From contig CAWIAD010000002.1 in the NCBI GenBank assembly GCA_963833985.1, positions 64,001-128,000 of the forward strand: DNA of 64,000 bases, read 5' to 3'. Below, in pieces: positions 11,274 through 22,559 of the stretch; positions within the stretch are counted from its first letter, which is position 1; every line of letters begins with the position of its first letter. The notes below the pieces were generated by a model. That model was not told the origin of the DNA and made no database searches. It worked only from the letters and a program-made list of their open reading frames with translations. A program made the translations under genes and the position numbers. The stretch is from an uncultured Planctomycetaceae bacterium. Lineage in GTDB: Bacteria; Planctomycetota; Planctomycetia; Isosphaerales; Isosphaeraceae.

Positions 11274-12197
11274 TTATTTGCCGATATCTGGAGGCTTGCG
11301 CACCAGGACGAATTCATCGACCCCGGGCACCGCCGCGCCGCCGAGCGTACGGTTGACCGACTGCCAGCTCACCCGATCCTTGCCCAGCCGCGTGACGATG
11401 TTCGTGGCCGTGGCCGGCTCGCCGTTGGGGCCCACGCCTTCGGCCTTCGCCAGCCACTGGTTGCCGTCACGCGTCCAGTAGGCCTCCACGTAACCGCCCT
11501 CGGAATCGAAGACCCACGACTTGAACTGGCGCTTGACCGGGTCCCAGCCGATCCTCTGCGAGCCGCTCATGAGCGGCTTGCCCGCGGTCTTGATCGTGAA
11601 CTCGCGGAGCAGGAAATTGCCGTTGTCCGCCCACTTGCACGTCGTGAAGACCACCGCCTCCTGGCTCTCGTTGACCCATTCCCCGACCAGCCATTCCAGC
11701 TCCTTGAGGCGGTCGTGAACGCTCAGGCTGGCGACTGGTTCATCACGCACCGCGGCTTGGAGCCAGCGGCCGTTCTCCCTGACGTAAACCGCGATGAAGC
11801 GCGAGATGTCGGGAGCGTCGGCACCCTTGGCCGGAGTGATCGTCGCCGTGCCTTCCTCGAGCGCGGTGTCCTGGCCGAGGAAGCGCATGGAGTCGATCTG
11901 AAGCACGATCGTGCTTCCCGGGGCGTCCTTGAAAGAGCCGGCAAACTGGTCGCGGATGGCAGCACGGCCCAGTGTCCGCTCGCCTTCCTCATTGATGACC
12001 ACGGCCCCTGCCGTGAAAGTCGCGGCCACGGCACCGGCATCGCCGGCGTTGAAGGCTCTGGTATATTCTTCGACCAGGGCGCTGATGGCGCGCGTGTCAT
12101 CGGGACGGGCCTGATCGCGCGCGCTGCTGTCCTGGGCGCGTACGCCAGGGCAGATTCCCAGCACTGCCAGTCCGATCACCAGGCGGATCGGGTTCAT
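11274..12197 (-). CDS. Secreted SgcJ/EcaC-like (DUF4440, NTF2-like) protein (copy 1)
   Basis: Signal peptide; AFNAGDAGAVAATFT...GRAAIR; C-terminal domain LKELEWLVGEW...GSQRIGWDP; paralog of 21356-22354. Confidence 0.85.
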   Translation of the reverse strand: MNPIRLVIGLAVLGICPGVRAQDSSARDQARPDDTRAISALVEEYTRAFNAGDAGAVAATFTAGAVVINEEGERTLGRAAIRDQFAGSFKDAPGSTIVLQIDSMRFLGQDTALEEGTATITPAKGADAPDISRFIAVYVRENGRWLQAAVRDEPVASLSVHDRLKELEWLVGEWVNESQEAVVFTTCKWADNGNFLLREFTIKTAGKPLMSGSQRIGWDPVKRQFKSWVFDSEGGYVEAYWTRDGNQWLAKAEGVGPNGEPATATNIVTRLGKDRVSWQSVNRTLGGAAVPGVDEFVLVRKPPDIGK

Positions 12198-12378
12198 GAA
12201 AGTACCTTTCTTTTGATGACTGTCCACCTCACCCGTCCAGGGTGCAGCCGCGACAGGCGGCAGATCCCGGTGTGGGTTCAGATATCTTTCGCATGTGTAT
12301 AAGTTCGACTGTGCGGGCCGGTCCGCATATCGGATGACCGGCCACGAAACCTGGGCGACGACGGTCTCGGTCAACCCA

Positions 12379-13491
12379 TCAAGGTTGTCCCGGAGCCGGC
12401 GGTGGAGGAGGCGCGACGCCGTGCTTCGGGTCGTACTGCATGCCCGAGAAATAGGTCGAGAATGGCTTCGGGTCCTGGGTACCTCGCGAGGTGGTAAACG
12501 GGTTGGCGCTGGGTGCCTTGACCTGGTCTCGAACCGCGACCAAGAGCGGGTAGAGCTGATCGTAGGTTTGCTCTTGAACGGGCGTTTTCGCCTTGCCGAA
12601 ACGCAGGTTAAAGGTGTGCATGAAGGCAATGAGGTGACCGAGTGTTGTCGAATCGACCTTGTTCAGCTCGGTCAGGAACTGATCCACCGACGGCGTCTCG
12701 AGCATCCGCGAGAGACCGTACAGGGCCTTCAGGTAATTGTCGGCCTCGAGCCGTTTCGGTGTTCCCTGCGGCAGCATGCCGTCCACTTTGTCCTTGAGAG
12801 CGTTGATGGCCACGCGGCAGTTCGCGAGCGTTTCGGGCGAGGCCTCGCCCTTGCTTTCGATCTCGGAGCGTACCTTGCCCGCGAGCTGCTTGATGGCGGC
12901 GCGGTCCGGAGCGAACTCCGCGGTGGTCATGAGGTAGTCGGGAACCCCTCGCGCACTGAAGTCGGCCAGGCTGATCGCGATCATGTTGGCGGCGTACTGA
13001 AACTGGATGTTCTTGACGAGCTGGCTGTCGATGGGCCGGGTCGACCCCGCAATCACCTGGGTGTAGACGTCGGGGTTGGTCAGCTCGTCGAGCACCACGT
13101 TGAGCGCGTCGCCGCTGTGGATATCAAGGCTCGAGGGGTTGTCGTGCAGCCGCTTGTAGATCACCTCGCCGGTCGAGCTCTCCGCCTTTTGCCGGTTCGC
13201 CGACCTCGTGTAAAAAGTTTTGGCGTTATTCTTGTTCACCTCGTACATGTACTCGTTGACCTGCATGGCCGTGTTGGCGTTGATCGAGCGGGCCACGGCA
13301 GTCTGCTGGTTATAGGCCCCCGCGCCGGCCGCGTAGACGCCGGCCCCGCGCATCATGCTGCCCTGCGCGGTGCCCACTCCGCCGCCCCAGCCGCCCCAGC
13401 CGCCGTAGCGGCCATACTGTGCCTGGGCGGGAACGGCCCAGAGGCCGAGAATCGCTCCCAGAACCCAAGCCGGACCCATGAAACGACGCAT
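12379..13491 (-). CDS. Secreted hypothetical protein with Gly/Trp-rich N-terminus
   Basis: Signal peptide ending AQA, then QYGRYGGWGGWGGG; long ORF. Confidence 0.75.
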   Translation of the reverse strand: MRRFMGPAWVLGAILGLWAVPAQAQYGRYGGWGGWGGGVGTAQGSMMRGAGVYAAGAGAYNQQTAVARSINANTAMQVNEYMYEVNKNNAKTFYTRSANRQKAESSTGEVIYKRLHDNPSSLDIHSGDALNVVLDELTNPDVYTQVIAGSTRPIDSQLVKNIQFQYAANMIAISLADFSARGVPDYLMTTAEFAPDRAAIKQLAGKVRSEIESKGEASPETLANCRVAINALKDKVDGMLPQGTPKRLEADNYLKALYGLSRMLETPSVDQFLTELNKVDSTTLGHLIAFMHTFNLRFGKAKTPVQEQTYDQLYPLLVAVRDQVKAPSANPFTTSRGTQDPKPFSTYFSGMQYDPKHGVAPPPPPAPGQP

Positions 13492-13766
13492 GCTGGATGC
13501 CTCCGCGAGAATGGATGATCGGAGAGTAATCGGGTCGATCGAAAGCACCGATCGCGCCATGTGGATCGCCTGCGAGACGGGCGCTTCTTTGCACCCTCAC
13601 GGGACCGATTCATCCGTCAGCTCGGCGGACAGCGGACGAGTAACGTGTCTGACAGCTCGGTCCCGACCGGATAGGTCCATGGAAGCATAACGATCCGCTG
13701 ACGCCGTGACCAGGGTGCAGGGAGAATTCAAGGCCAACGGCCGGGTGCTCTCAAGTTGCGCTCGGC

Positions 13767-15524
13767 TCACTGTCCCGCTCGGCTCTGGCTTGCCTTGAGC
13801 ACCTGTTCCCTCACGGCCTCCAGGTTGAATGAGGCGCCCTTCTGCATCGGTGGGAACTCGATTGCCGTCTGAGCGAGCTTTCCCACCTCCTGCTGGACGT
13901 AGACAAAGCGCCAGAACTCGTACTTGAACCAGTCGAAATTCTGGACCGATCCGGCCAGCCCGGTACGCTCGAACGGATCAAGGCGCAGGTTCACCAGGAT
14001 CGGGATATCGACCCTGACCGTACCCCCGAACCAGCCACTCGGCTGATCGATGAAGCGGTACTTGAAATCATCAATGCGCACCGCTCCGAGCGTGCCTTCG
14101 GCGAAGTAGAACACCTCATGACGCTTTGATGGACCTTTGCCGGTGAGCAGATCAAGCTGGTTGTGGCCGTCGAGGTGGACCTTGTAATTCCGATCGCCGA
14201 GCTGTTTGCCTTGCTTCAGTTCCTCGACAATGCTCGGGTTGCTGGCCGCGGCCACGAAGGTCGGGAACCAGTCGAGCCCGGAGAATAATCCATTCTCGAC
14301 CTTGCCGGCAGGCACCTTTCCCGGCCAGCGAACGATGCAAGGCACGCGGAACCCTCCCTCCATGACGGTTCCCTTGCCGCCGGCAAACGGAGTCTGGCCG
14401 CCATCGGGCCAGGTGAAGTTCTCGGTGCCGTTGTCGGTGGTGAAGACAACCATGGTGTCCGTCTCGAGACCGTCGTTCTTCAGCTTTTGAATGATGGTGC
14501 CGACGATGTCGTCGAGCTGGGCCATGCCGGCTTCGTGGATGCTCCAGCCATTCTCCGGCGTGCGCAGCTTCGCGTACTTCTCTGACAGATGGGTGACGAT
14601 ATGCATCCGCGTGGGGTTGAGCCAGAGAAAGAACGGCTTGCCCTCACCCTTGGCCTTATCAACAAACTTCAGTGCGTTCTCGAGGATCTCGTCGTCCACG
14701 GTCTTCATGCGATCGGGGTAGAGCGTGCCGGCGTCCTCGATTCGCTGCCTGCCAACTTTTCCCCAGCGCGGTTGCACCGTCGGATCGTCCTGATCTGTCG
14801 CCCAGGTGTGCAGCATGTTTCTTGGCCCGATCTTGTCCTTTAGCTCCGGCGGATAGTTCGGATGGGCTGGGTCCTCCATCGCATCCAGGTGATAGAGGTA
14901 GCCGTAGAACTCGTCGAAGCCGTGCACGGTGGGCAAGAACTCGTTGCGGTCGCCGAGATGGTTCTTTCCGAACTGGCCGGTGGCGTAGCCCTGAGTCTTG
15001 AGGACGGTGGCGATCGTCGGCGCCTGTGCCGGCATACCGACCGCCGCTCCCGCCTGTCCGACGGTCGTCAAACCGGTGCGAATCGGGAGCTGGCCGGTGA
15101 TGAAGTTGGCCCGGCCGGCTGTGCAGCTTGCCTCGGCATAGTAGTCAGTGAAGAGCATGCCAGCAGCGGCCAAGGAATCGAGATTCGGTGTCCTTCCGGC
15201 CATGATCCCGTGATGGTAGGCACCGATGTTGAACCAACCCACATCATCGGCCATGATCACGACGATGTTCGGTTTCTTGCCCGACGAGACCTCCAGTGCA
15301 CGGCCAGCCCTGGAGACCGCGGTCGGGCCTGCCACGGCTAGCAACCTTGTCTTGTTCAAGCCGTCGGAACAACTGGCTTGCGTGGTCTCCCGCACGGCGA
15401 CGTACGCCGGCGGGCTCTCCGCGCCGGCTGATCCCTGAGAGGTCTGTTGACCCGTCGCCGCGAGGTAGCCTATCGCGGCGCCTGCTGCGATGCACACGAG
15501 CGCAGATAACCGGTTTCGGTTCAT
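13767..15524 (-). CDS. Arylsulfatase (Cys-type formylglycine-dependent)
   Basis: KPNIVVIMADDVG, CTAGRANFITG (CxxxR), GKNHLG. Confidence 0.93.
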   Translation of the reverse strand: MNRNRLSALVCIAAGAAIGYLAATGQQTSQGSAGAESPPAYVAVRETTQASCSDGLNKTRLLAVAGPTAVSRAGRALEVSSGKKPNIVVIMADDVGWFNIGAYHHGIMAGRTPNLDSLAAAGMLFTDYYAEASCTAGRANFITGQLPIRTGLTTVGQAGAAVGMPAQAPTIATVLKTQGYATGQFGKNHLGDRNEFLPTVHGFDEFYGYLYHLDAMEDPAHPNYPPELKDKIGPRNMLHTWATDQDDPTVQPRWGKVGRQRIEDAGTLYPDRMKTVDDEILENALKFVDKAKGEGKPFFLWLNPTRMHIVTHLSEKYAKLRTPENGWSIHEAGMAQLDDIVGTIIQKLKNDGLETDTMVVFTTDNGTENFTWPDGGQTPFAGGKGTVMEGGFRVPCIVRWPGKVPAGKVENGLFSGLDWFPTFVAAASNPSIVEELKQGKQLGDRNYKVHLDGHNQLDLLTGKGPSKRHEVFYFAEGTLGAVRIDDFKYRFIDQPSGWFGGTVRVDIPILVNLRLDPFERTGLAGSVQNFDWFKYEFWRFVYVQQEVGKLAQTAIEFPPMQKGASFNLEAVREQVLKASQSRAGQ

Positions 15525-15814
15525 GCGAGAATCCCCGGGCAAGCGTGTGAGATCATGCGGCGAAATGCTGTGGAGAGAGCAACTCGAGTGACCCGGGCTG
15601 CTGGTTGAAGCGTTTGGAGTACCAGAATTCTGGTTGCAATGTCCGGTCTCGGTGTCTGAGGGAACCACGGGAAGATTAACCGAAGTTAACCAATCCGTAA
15701 AGAGGCAAGCGTTGACAGCGTGGCGTCTCCATTTCAAACTCGTGGTCATCATCAGGATTCTCACTTTCGAAAACCGCTCCGACAAACCGGCTCCCAGCGA
15801 CGAGGCTGACTTCC

Positions 15815-16978
15815 ATGGTGGACCTGGATGCATTCGATCTTGTCGGCCGCGGCCCTGCGCACCGGCTGTCTCAGCAATTTGGCCTCAATCTTCCCGATCG
15901 ACCGCGGCGCGTTCGCAAGGTCGTGCTGCTGATTCTCGTGACCTGGCTGCCGCTCGTGCTCCTGTCGCTCGCGTCCGGCCACGCGCTCGGCGATCGGGTT
16001 GCGGTGACCCTGCTGCGCGATCCGGTAGTCCTCAGCCGGTTCTTGTTCGTGGTTCCGCTGCTGGCCGTTTCCGAGGTCGTCGTGGCGCGCAGCCTGGGCA
16101 TGCAGGCGCGGCAGTTCCTCGTCTCGGGCGTCGTTCCCGCAAGCCAGTCGCCGCGGCTCGCGTCAGCCAAGACCGAGGCGATCCGGCTCCGCGAATCGGC
16201 CCTTGTGGAAGGCTTGATCCTGGTTGCGGCTCTGCTCACCGCCATCATCGTGCGGGTGGTCATCCATCCCGGCTCGGCCGAGACGACCTGGGAACGATCG
16301 GGAGCGGGGATCACCCTTGCGGGCTGGTGGTACACTCTGGTCAGTTTACCAATACTCTTCTTCTTCCTCATTCGCTGGATCTGGATCTACCTGCTCTGGT
16401 CTCGGTTTCTCTTCCGGATCTCGCGACTGGACCTGGAGTTGACCTCGACTCACCCCGACCGCGCTGGCGGCCTGGGTTTCCTGGGCTGGGGCCTTGTGAG
16501 CTTCTCCCTCGTACTGATGGCCATCTCGGCGGTGCTGTCTGGCGGCCTGGCGTACGAGATCGTGCACCGCGGCTCGTCGTTGAGCATCCTGAAGTACCAC
16601 ATCGTCGTCTTCGTGGTCCTGGCGATCGTCGTGCTGCACGCCCCGTTGCTCATGTTCGCCGATCGCCTGGCCGGGTGCAGGGTGCGCGGGCTGCTCGATT
16701 TTGGAGCCTTGATCGGAGGCCACGACCGGGCCTTTGACGAGAAATGGCTCAGGTCCACCTGCGAGGACCGGTCCACACTGCTGGGCAGCCCGGATGTGGG
16801 GTCGCTGGCCGACATCGCGGCGATCTACGACCACGTGGACCGGATGCAGCTCTTGCCCTGGGACAAGAAAACGGTCGGCATCCTGGTCGTGGCCGCGCTG
16901 CTGCCGATGATTCCCTTGCTGGGCACCGTCGTGGGCCTCACGGAGATCCTCTCCATGCTGGGCAAGTTCCTGCTCTGA
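15815..16978 (+). CDS. Hypothetical integral membrane protein
   Basis: 387-aa ORF with multiple TM helices and an HPDRAGGLGFL segment. Confidence 0.8.
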   Translation: MVDLDAFDLVGRGPAHRLSQQFGLNLPDRPRRVRKVVLLILVTWLPLVLLSLASGHALGDRVAVTLLRDPVVLSRFLFVVPLLAVSEVVVARSLGMQARQFLVSGVVPASQSPRLASAKTEAIRLRESALVEGLILVAALLTAIIVRVVIHPGSAETTWERSGAGITLAGWWYTLVSLPILFFFLIRWIWIYLLWSRFLFRISRLDLELTSTHPDRAGGLGFLGWGLVSFSLVLMAISAVLSGGLAYEIVHRGSSLSILKYHIVVFVVLAIVVLHAPLLMFADRLAGCRVRGLLDFGALIGGHDRAFDEKWLRSTCEDRSTLLGSPDVGSLADIAAIYDHVDRMQLLPWDKKTVGILVVAALLPMIPLLGTVVGLTEILSMLGKFLL

Positions 16979-17025
16979 GCGATCCCCCGGGCAACGGCGC
17001 GTCATCCCCGGCGCCACCTGGGGCG

Positions 17026-19421
17026 CTATTTCAATTGCACGGTGACCTTGTGGATCTTGCCCGAGAATGGCCCGCCCGGTGCGTGGTAATCCTCGGTGAC
17101 CGGCGTCCCCTGATCGACGCCCACATCCGCACCTTCGTCGGCGGAGAAGGCAAATCCCTGGGTTCTCTCAATCCGCCCCGCGGCAACCTGCTTGCCGTTG
17201 ACCAGGATGGTGGCCGTGCCTCCCGCGCCGGGCCTGCCGCCGTCATAAGCGAATTCGAGCACGATTGTCGCCTTTCCGGCCGGCACGGCCTCGGGTGCAG
17301 CCACCGTGGAGCGCTCCAGGCCCAGGAAGTTGTAGGTGTAAGCCGGCTTGCCCTGCTTCATGTACAGGCTCCAGCCGCCGAACCGGCCCGCCTGGCAGAG
17401 CATCACACCGTCTGCACCCTGCTCGGGTATCTCCACCTCGGCCGTGATCGTATGCGATCGATTCTTGATGTTAATGAATACATTCTCCGTCATTCCGGTC
17501 ATGCCGGGGTAGACGGAGAGCGACGTGCGGCCGGCCATGAGGTCGGGACGGCCGACGAGCGCGGCGTTGATGCGCTCGATGCTGCGATCGTCAATCGGCA
17601 AGGCGTGGTTCCTGGCGGCCTCCTGCATGAACAGCTCCTGAAGCTGCTTGAGCCGGGAGGGCTCCTTCGCGGCGAGGTCGTTCACCAGGCTGAAATCGGT
17701 CCGGGTGTCGTACAGCTCCCAGACGTCGTTCTCGAGCGGGGCGCGGGGCTCGTGCGCCAGGGCAGGCGGTGCAGGGTGCCGGCCAGCCAGCCGTCCTGGT
17801 AGATGGCCCGGTTGCCGAAGATCTCGAAGTACTGGGTCGTATGCCGGCCCTTCGCCTGTGCCTCATCAAACGTGTACAGCAGGCTCACGCCCTCGATGGG
17901 GGTCTGGGGCGTGCCATTGACGGACCGTGGCTCGGGCAGGCCAGCCGCCTCCAGGATCGTGGGCGCGACGTCGATGACGTGGTGCCACTGAGTCCGCACC
18001 TCGCCTCTGGCCTTGATCCGCCCCGGCCAGTGCACCACCATGCCGTTGCGCGTGCCGCCGTAGCTGGACGCCACCTGCTTCGTCCAGGTGAAGGGCGTAT
18101 CTCCCGCCACGGCCCAGCCGGCGGCGTAATGGCCGTAGGAGTTCGGTCCGCCCAGCTCGTCGTAGTGCTTGAGGATCTCCTGCACCTGCTCGTGGACGCC
18201 GTTGAAGTAGGTCATCTCGTTGAACAGCCCGTTCATTCCCCCTTCAGCGCTCGCGCCGTTGTCGCCCAGGATGTAGAAGACCAGCGTGTTGTCAAGCTGC
18301 CCCAGGTCCTCGAGCGCTTGCACCAGCCGCCCGGCTTCATGGTCGGCAAACTCGCCATAGCCCGCGAACACCTCCATCTGCCGGGCGAAGAGCTTCTGAG
18401 CGTCGGCGCCAAGGCTGCCCCAGTCCTTGATATCCGACGGCTTGGGCGCCAGCACCGTGTCGGCGGGAACGACACCGAGCGCCTTCTGGCGGCTGAGCGT
18501 CTGCTCGCGCAGCTTGTCCCAGCCCTGGTCGAACTTGCCCTTGTACCTGTCGATCCAGACTCTCGGCACGTGGTGCGGCGCGTGGGTGGCACCCGGGGCG
18601 AAGTACAGAAAGACGGGCTTCTCCGGCGTGAGCGCTTTCACGGACCTGGTCCAGCGGATCGCCTGGTCCGTCATGTCGGTGAGGAAGTGATAGTTCGGGT
18701 CGTGCGGAGGCTCGACCGGGTTCATTCCGTCGTACAGCGAGGGCGCCCACTGGTTCGCCTCGCCGCCGATGAACCCGTAAAACTTGTCGAACCCGGAACG
18801 CGTGGGCCAGCGCGTGGTCGGGCCGGCCGTGCTCACCTCCCAGGCCGCGGTCTCGTGAGACTTGCCGAAGGCGGCCGTGGCATAGCCGTTGAGCCGCAGC
18901 ATCTCGGCCAGGGGCGCCACGCGATTGGGCCGCTGGCCGGTCTGCCCGGGGAACGCGGTCGCCGTCTCGGTGATCGAGCCCATGTTGCACATGTGGTGGT
19001 TGCGCCCCGAGAGCAGGGCGGCGCGCGTCGGTGAGCAAAGCGCCGTGGTGTGGAAATGGTTGTACCGCAGGCCGCCCCTGGCCAGGCGCTCGGCCGTGGG
19101 CGTCTGCACCGGGCCACCGAAGGCGCTGGGCTGGCCGAAACCCATGTCGTCGATGAGCACGATGAGCACGTTGGGAGCACCGGACGGAGGCTTGACCTCG
19201 AAACGCGGCGGTGCCTTCGCATCGCGGACGTCGAGCACGGTGATCGCCGGGTAGTTCGGCTCCGGGATGGGCAGCACCGTCCGGTCCAGGCCGCTGCTCG
19301 CCTCGCGATTCTTCGTCGCCGTCGGGGATGACGGGGGCGCTTCGCCACGCGCGGTCAGCCAGCCGGCCAGGGCGGAGATGCTGATCACAACCAGCAGGGA
19401 AATTGCTCGCACGGCGCGCAT
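17026..19421 (-). CDS. Long-type arylsulfatase with C-terminal extension; frameshift near 17740
   Basis: APNVLIVLIDDMG, LCSPTRAALLSGRNHH, GKSH; continues in another frame as PLENDVWELYDTRTDFSLVNDLA into ORF 17026-17685. Confidence 0.9.
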
Positions 19422-19682
19422 CAAAACCTCGATGTGTCCCGCGACGGACCGTTGAAGTGAACAGAAAACGAGAAACGACCGCGAAGTCGCTTTGATCCTG
19501 AAACGAACGACGCCCGAAGGGCAACGCATCCTATCGTGGTCCCGGACGATTCGCAACGGCCCGGCGCCGGAAGGCCGGCGGAATCGTTCGACGAGCCGAC
19601 ACGCCGGCACCGCCGGTCCCAGTGCTGCCGGCACCGTGATCGAGATCGCCGCGGCCGAGGCACCGCGGCGCACCGCGGGTAC

Positions 19683-21359
19683 TTACTTCACGAACGCCAG
19701 GCCCGGATCCTCGGGGCCGTCGCCCACCACCCGGAAGGTCATGTGCGTGGGGTCTTTCCAGTCGACGCGGCCCACGAGCACGGGGCCCTTGTCCTGGGCC
19801 AGCGTGAGCAAGCCCTGGCCGAAGGTAGACTTGCCCTGGAAACTCTGCGTCTGGCCGTTCTTGGTGACCTGCCAGGTGAAGTCGCCGCCCGGCTGGATGG
19901 AGAGCCCGATGGAGGTGCCCGATGCCGGCTGGGCGGTCCAGGTGCCGCCGATCTCGGCCCCGGCCGGCGGTGCGCTCGGGGGTGAGACAGCGGCAGCTTC
20001 AGACGGGGACGTGGTTGCGACCGCCCCTTCCGTGGAAGGGGCAAGCTGCCGCAGCAGCCTGGCCGAGAGCGCGTCGCTGGGCTTGATGGCCACCACCTGC
20101 TTGAGGATGGCCACCGCGGCCTCCACGTGGCCCTGCGTCAGGTAATGGTAGGCCAGGACGAACCGGGCCGAGGCCGAGTCGCCGTGCGACTGGCAGTAGC
20201 CTTCCAGTTCGCGCAACTGAGCCGTGTAGGTCTCGATGCCGGGGTAGAGGCCGATGAGCGTGGTCCAGTCCCAGCCCGGGCCGACGGAAAGCACGGCGTA
20301 AAGCGCCACCGCCGATTCGTCATAGCGCTTCAGCGCGAACAGGCAGAGGGCCCGGAACTCGTGCAGCGTGGTGTCGTTGGGCAGCCTGGTCAAGGCGGCG
20401 TCGGCCTGCTGGAGAGCGTCGGTGTAGGCACCCTGCTGGAACGACGCGCGGCCGGCGTCGAAGAGTGCCTCGGCCGGGTTCGCCACGGATTCATCGGCCA
20501 CGGCCGTGGTCGTATCGATTGGCTGAGAATAGTTGTAGGGCGCGGACATCGCCACCGCGCCGCCTCCCCCGTAATAGTCGTTGTAGTACGGGTTGGAGTA
20601 TGGCATGTAGCCCATGCCGTACAGCGACGAGCCGTAGCCCCACGAGCTCAGGCCGTAGCCCAGACCGAGCCCCATTCCCATGCCCAATCCCCAGCCGCCG
20701 TAGCCCCAGCCGCCGTAGCCCCAGCCGCCCCAGTAGGGGTTGCGCCAGCCCCAGGCGGCCGAGTTGTGCCCGTCCCAGTAGCCGTGCACCCAGCCGTTGT
20801 GATATCCGCCATAGGCGTTGAAGCCATTGGGCCGGAAGGCCGTGGCCCCGTACGCCCGGCCGGCGTAGCCGCCGGCTCCGGAGACAGCGCCCAGGTTCGA
20901 GCGGCCAGCAACGGCGTTACCGCCGGGTCCCATCGCCCCGCCCACGCGGCCGACATCGCCGAATGACCGGCCCGCGGCTCCGGCCGCCCCATAGTTCACG
21001 TTGCCTCCGCGCGGAGTGGCATAGGAACCCGACCGGGCGCCGTAGTTGATCTGTCCCCCGCGCATCCCTTCGTAGGCACCGCGGTTGCCGTATCCCGCAC
21101 CCCCGCCGTAGCCGCCGTAGGACCGCCCCGCACTGAATGAAGGCGTGCGGCCGAACGATCCCATGCCGCCATAGCCGCCCCGGAAGCCGCCGCCTCCGTA
21201 ACCGGGACGGAATCCACCGCCACCGCCTCCACCACCGCGAAAGCCTCCGCCACCGCGAAAACCGCCACCTCCGCCAAAGCCATGCGCCCACACCGGACTC
21301 GCGGCCGGGGAAAACGCCAGAATCGCGACGGCCGTGACGAGCGAAGACGTGCGAATCAT
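19683..21359 (-). CDS. Secreted Gly/Tyr-rich low-complexity TPR protein (copy 2)
   Basis: Signal peptide, GGGGFRGG and GGWGYGGWG tracts, TPR core and C-terminal domain homologous to 9371-11221. Confidence 0.85.
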   Translation of the reverse strand: MIRTSSLVTAVAILAFSPAASPVWAHGFGGGGGFRGGGGFRGGGGGGGGFRPGYGGGGFRGGYGGMGSFGRTPSFSAGRSYGGYGGGAGYGNRGAYEGMRGGQINYGARSGSYATPRGGNVNYGAAGAAGRSFGDVGRVGGAMGPGGNAVAGRSNLGAVSGAGGYAGRAYGATAFRPNGFNAYGGYHNGWVHGYWDGHNSAAWGWRNPYWGGWGYGGWGYGGWGLGMGMGLGLGYGLSSWGYGSSLYGMGYMPYSNPYYNDYYGGGGAVAMSAPYNYSQPIDTTTAVADESVANPAEALFDAGRASFQQGAYTDALQQADAALTRLPNDTTLHEFRALCLFALKRYDESAVALYAVLSVGPGWDWTTLIGLYPGIETYTAQLRELEGYCQSHGDSASARFVLAYHYLTQGHVEAAVAILKQVVAIKPSDALSARLLRQLAPSTEGAVATTSPSEAAAVSPPSAPPAGAEIGGTWTAQPASGTSIGLSIQPGGDFTWQVTKNGQTQSFQGKSTFGQGLLTLAQDKGPVLVGRVDWKDPTHMTFRVVGDGPEDPGLAFVK

Positions 21360-22354
21360 CGGGGGTTCCTCGTCTCTGGAGTGGTCGGGGAAACGGCGCG
21401 CGCGCCGGCGCCGGGAACTTGCGGGGACGGAGGCACGCGCACCATCGCGTACGTCCGGTCCTGGGGAACGCTCTCGCCGCCCACAACCCGGTTCACCGCC
21501 TCCCAGCGTACCAGGTCGGGCCGCTCGCGAGACACGATATGCGTGGCCGAAGCGGTCATGCCTTCGGGACGGACCCCGGAGTGCTTGATCACCCAGCGCT
21601 CGCCGTCGCGGCTCCAGACGCCCTGGCCATAGCCCCCCTCGGAATCAAACTCCCAGGAATGGAACTGCCGGGCCAGCGGATCCCAGCCAACTCGCTGGTG
21701 TATGGTCAGCACGGGCCTCCCCTGCACCCGCACGGTGAATGTGCGGATCAAGAAGTTCCCATCGTCCGACCACTTGCAGGCGACGCGCACATGCGAGTCG
21801 GGGCCCTCATCGACCCACTCGCCGATCATCCATTCCAGGTCCTTGAGACGCTCGTGGGGTGGCAGGCTCGGCTCGGTCTCCTCGCGGATGCTCGAGATCA
21901 GCCAGCGGCCGTCGCGCTGGACCAGTAGCGCGCTGTGCCTGCGGTGCACCGGCGCGCCTTTGGCGGGCGTGACCACCGTCTCTCCCTCAGCCTTGGCCAC
22001 GTCGGGGCTTAGCAAGCGGATTGCCTCGGTCCGGATCTGCAATTTCACTCCCGGGCTGGCGGCGAAGGTCTCGGCCAGCCGCTGGGAGATCAGCTCGTGG
22101 CCGGCATAGCGCGTACCGTCTTCCTCGATCACCTCCGCGTCCGGCGTGAACAGGGCCACCAGGGCCCTGGTGTCCCCCTTGTCGTAACCGCGGACGAACG
22201 CGGCATCGGCCTCGCGAATCGCTTTTTCCTCGGGCGAGGCAACGGAGCCAGGCGCCGGGCCGCCACCTGGCGCCAGGGACGTCCTTTGATCCTGCGCCAT
22301 GGCAAGACCCGCGCCGGCCAGGACGAGCATGGTCCCGCAGAGCATCGTTCTCAT
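21356..22354 (-). CDS. Secreted SgcJ/EcaC-like (DUF4440) protein (copy 2)
   Basis: Signal peptide; LKDLEWMIGEW...HQRVGWDP; 4-nt ATGA overlap with the downstream gene. Confidence 0.85.
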   Translation of the reverse strand: MRTMLCGTMLVLAGAGLAMAQDQRTSLAPGGGPAPGSVASPEEKAIREADAAFVRGYDKGDTRALVALFTPDAEVIEEDGTRYAGHELISQRLAETFAASPGVKLQIRTEAIRLLSPDVAKAEGETVVTPAKGAPVHRRHSALLVQRDGRWLISSIREETEPSLPPHERLKDLEWMIGEWVDEGPDSHVRVACKWSDDGNFLIRTFTVRVQGRPVLTIHQRVGWDPLARQFHSWEFDSEGGYGQGVWSRDGERWVIKHSGVRPEGMTASATHIVSRERPDLVRWEAVNRVVGGESVPQDRTYAMVRVPPSPQVPGAGARAVSPTTPETRNPR

Positions 22355-22559
22355 GGTCGTGCACCCTCGAGTCTCGTGGAGAACCCTCTTTGAAGACGAT
22401 AGCACGTCAGCGATGCGTAAGAAATGGGCCGCTTGACGAGACCCGGCGGCTTCCCGAGAGATCGCACCGGCAGGTGACTTGTTCGGGTCCCCGGGCCGCG
22501 CGACAATGTCTACTGGTGCCGCGCGCGCGGCACCAGGGCCTACCCCGGCGGAGCAGCAC

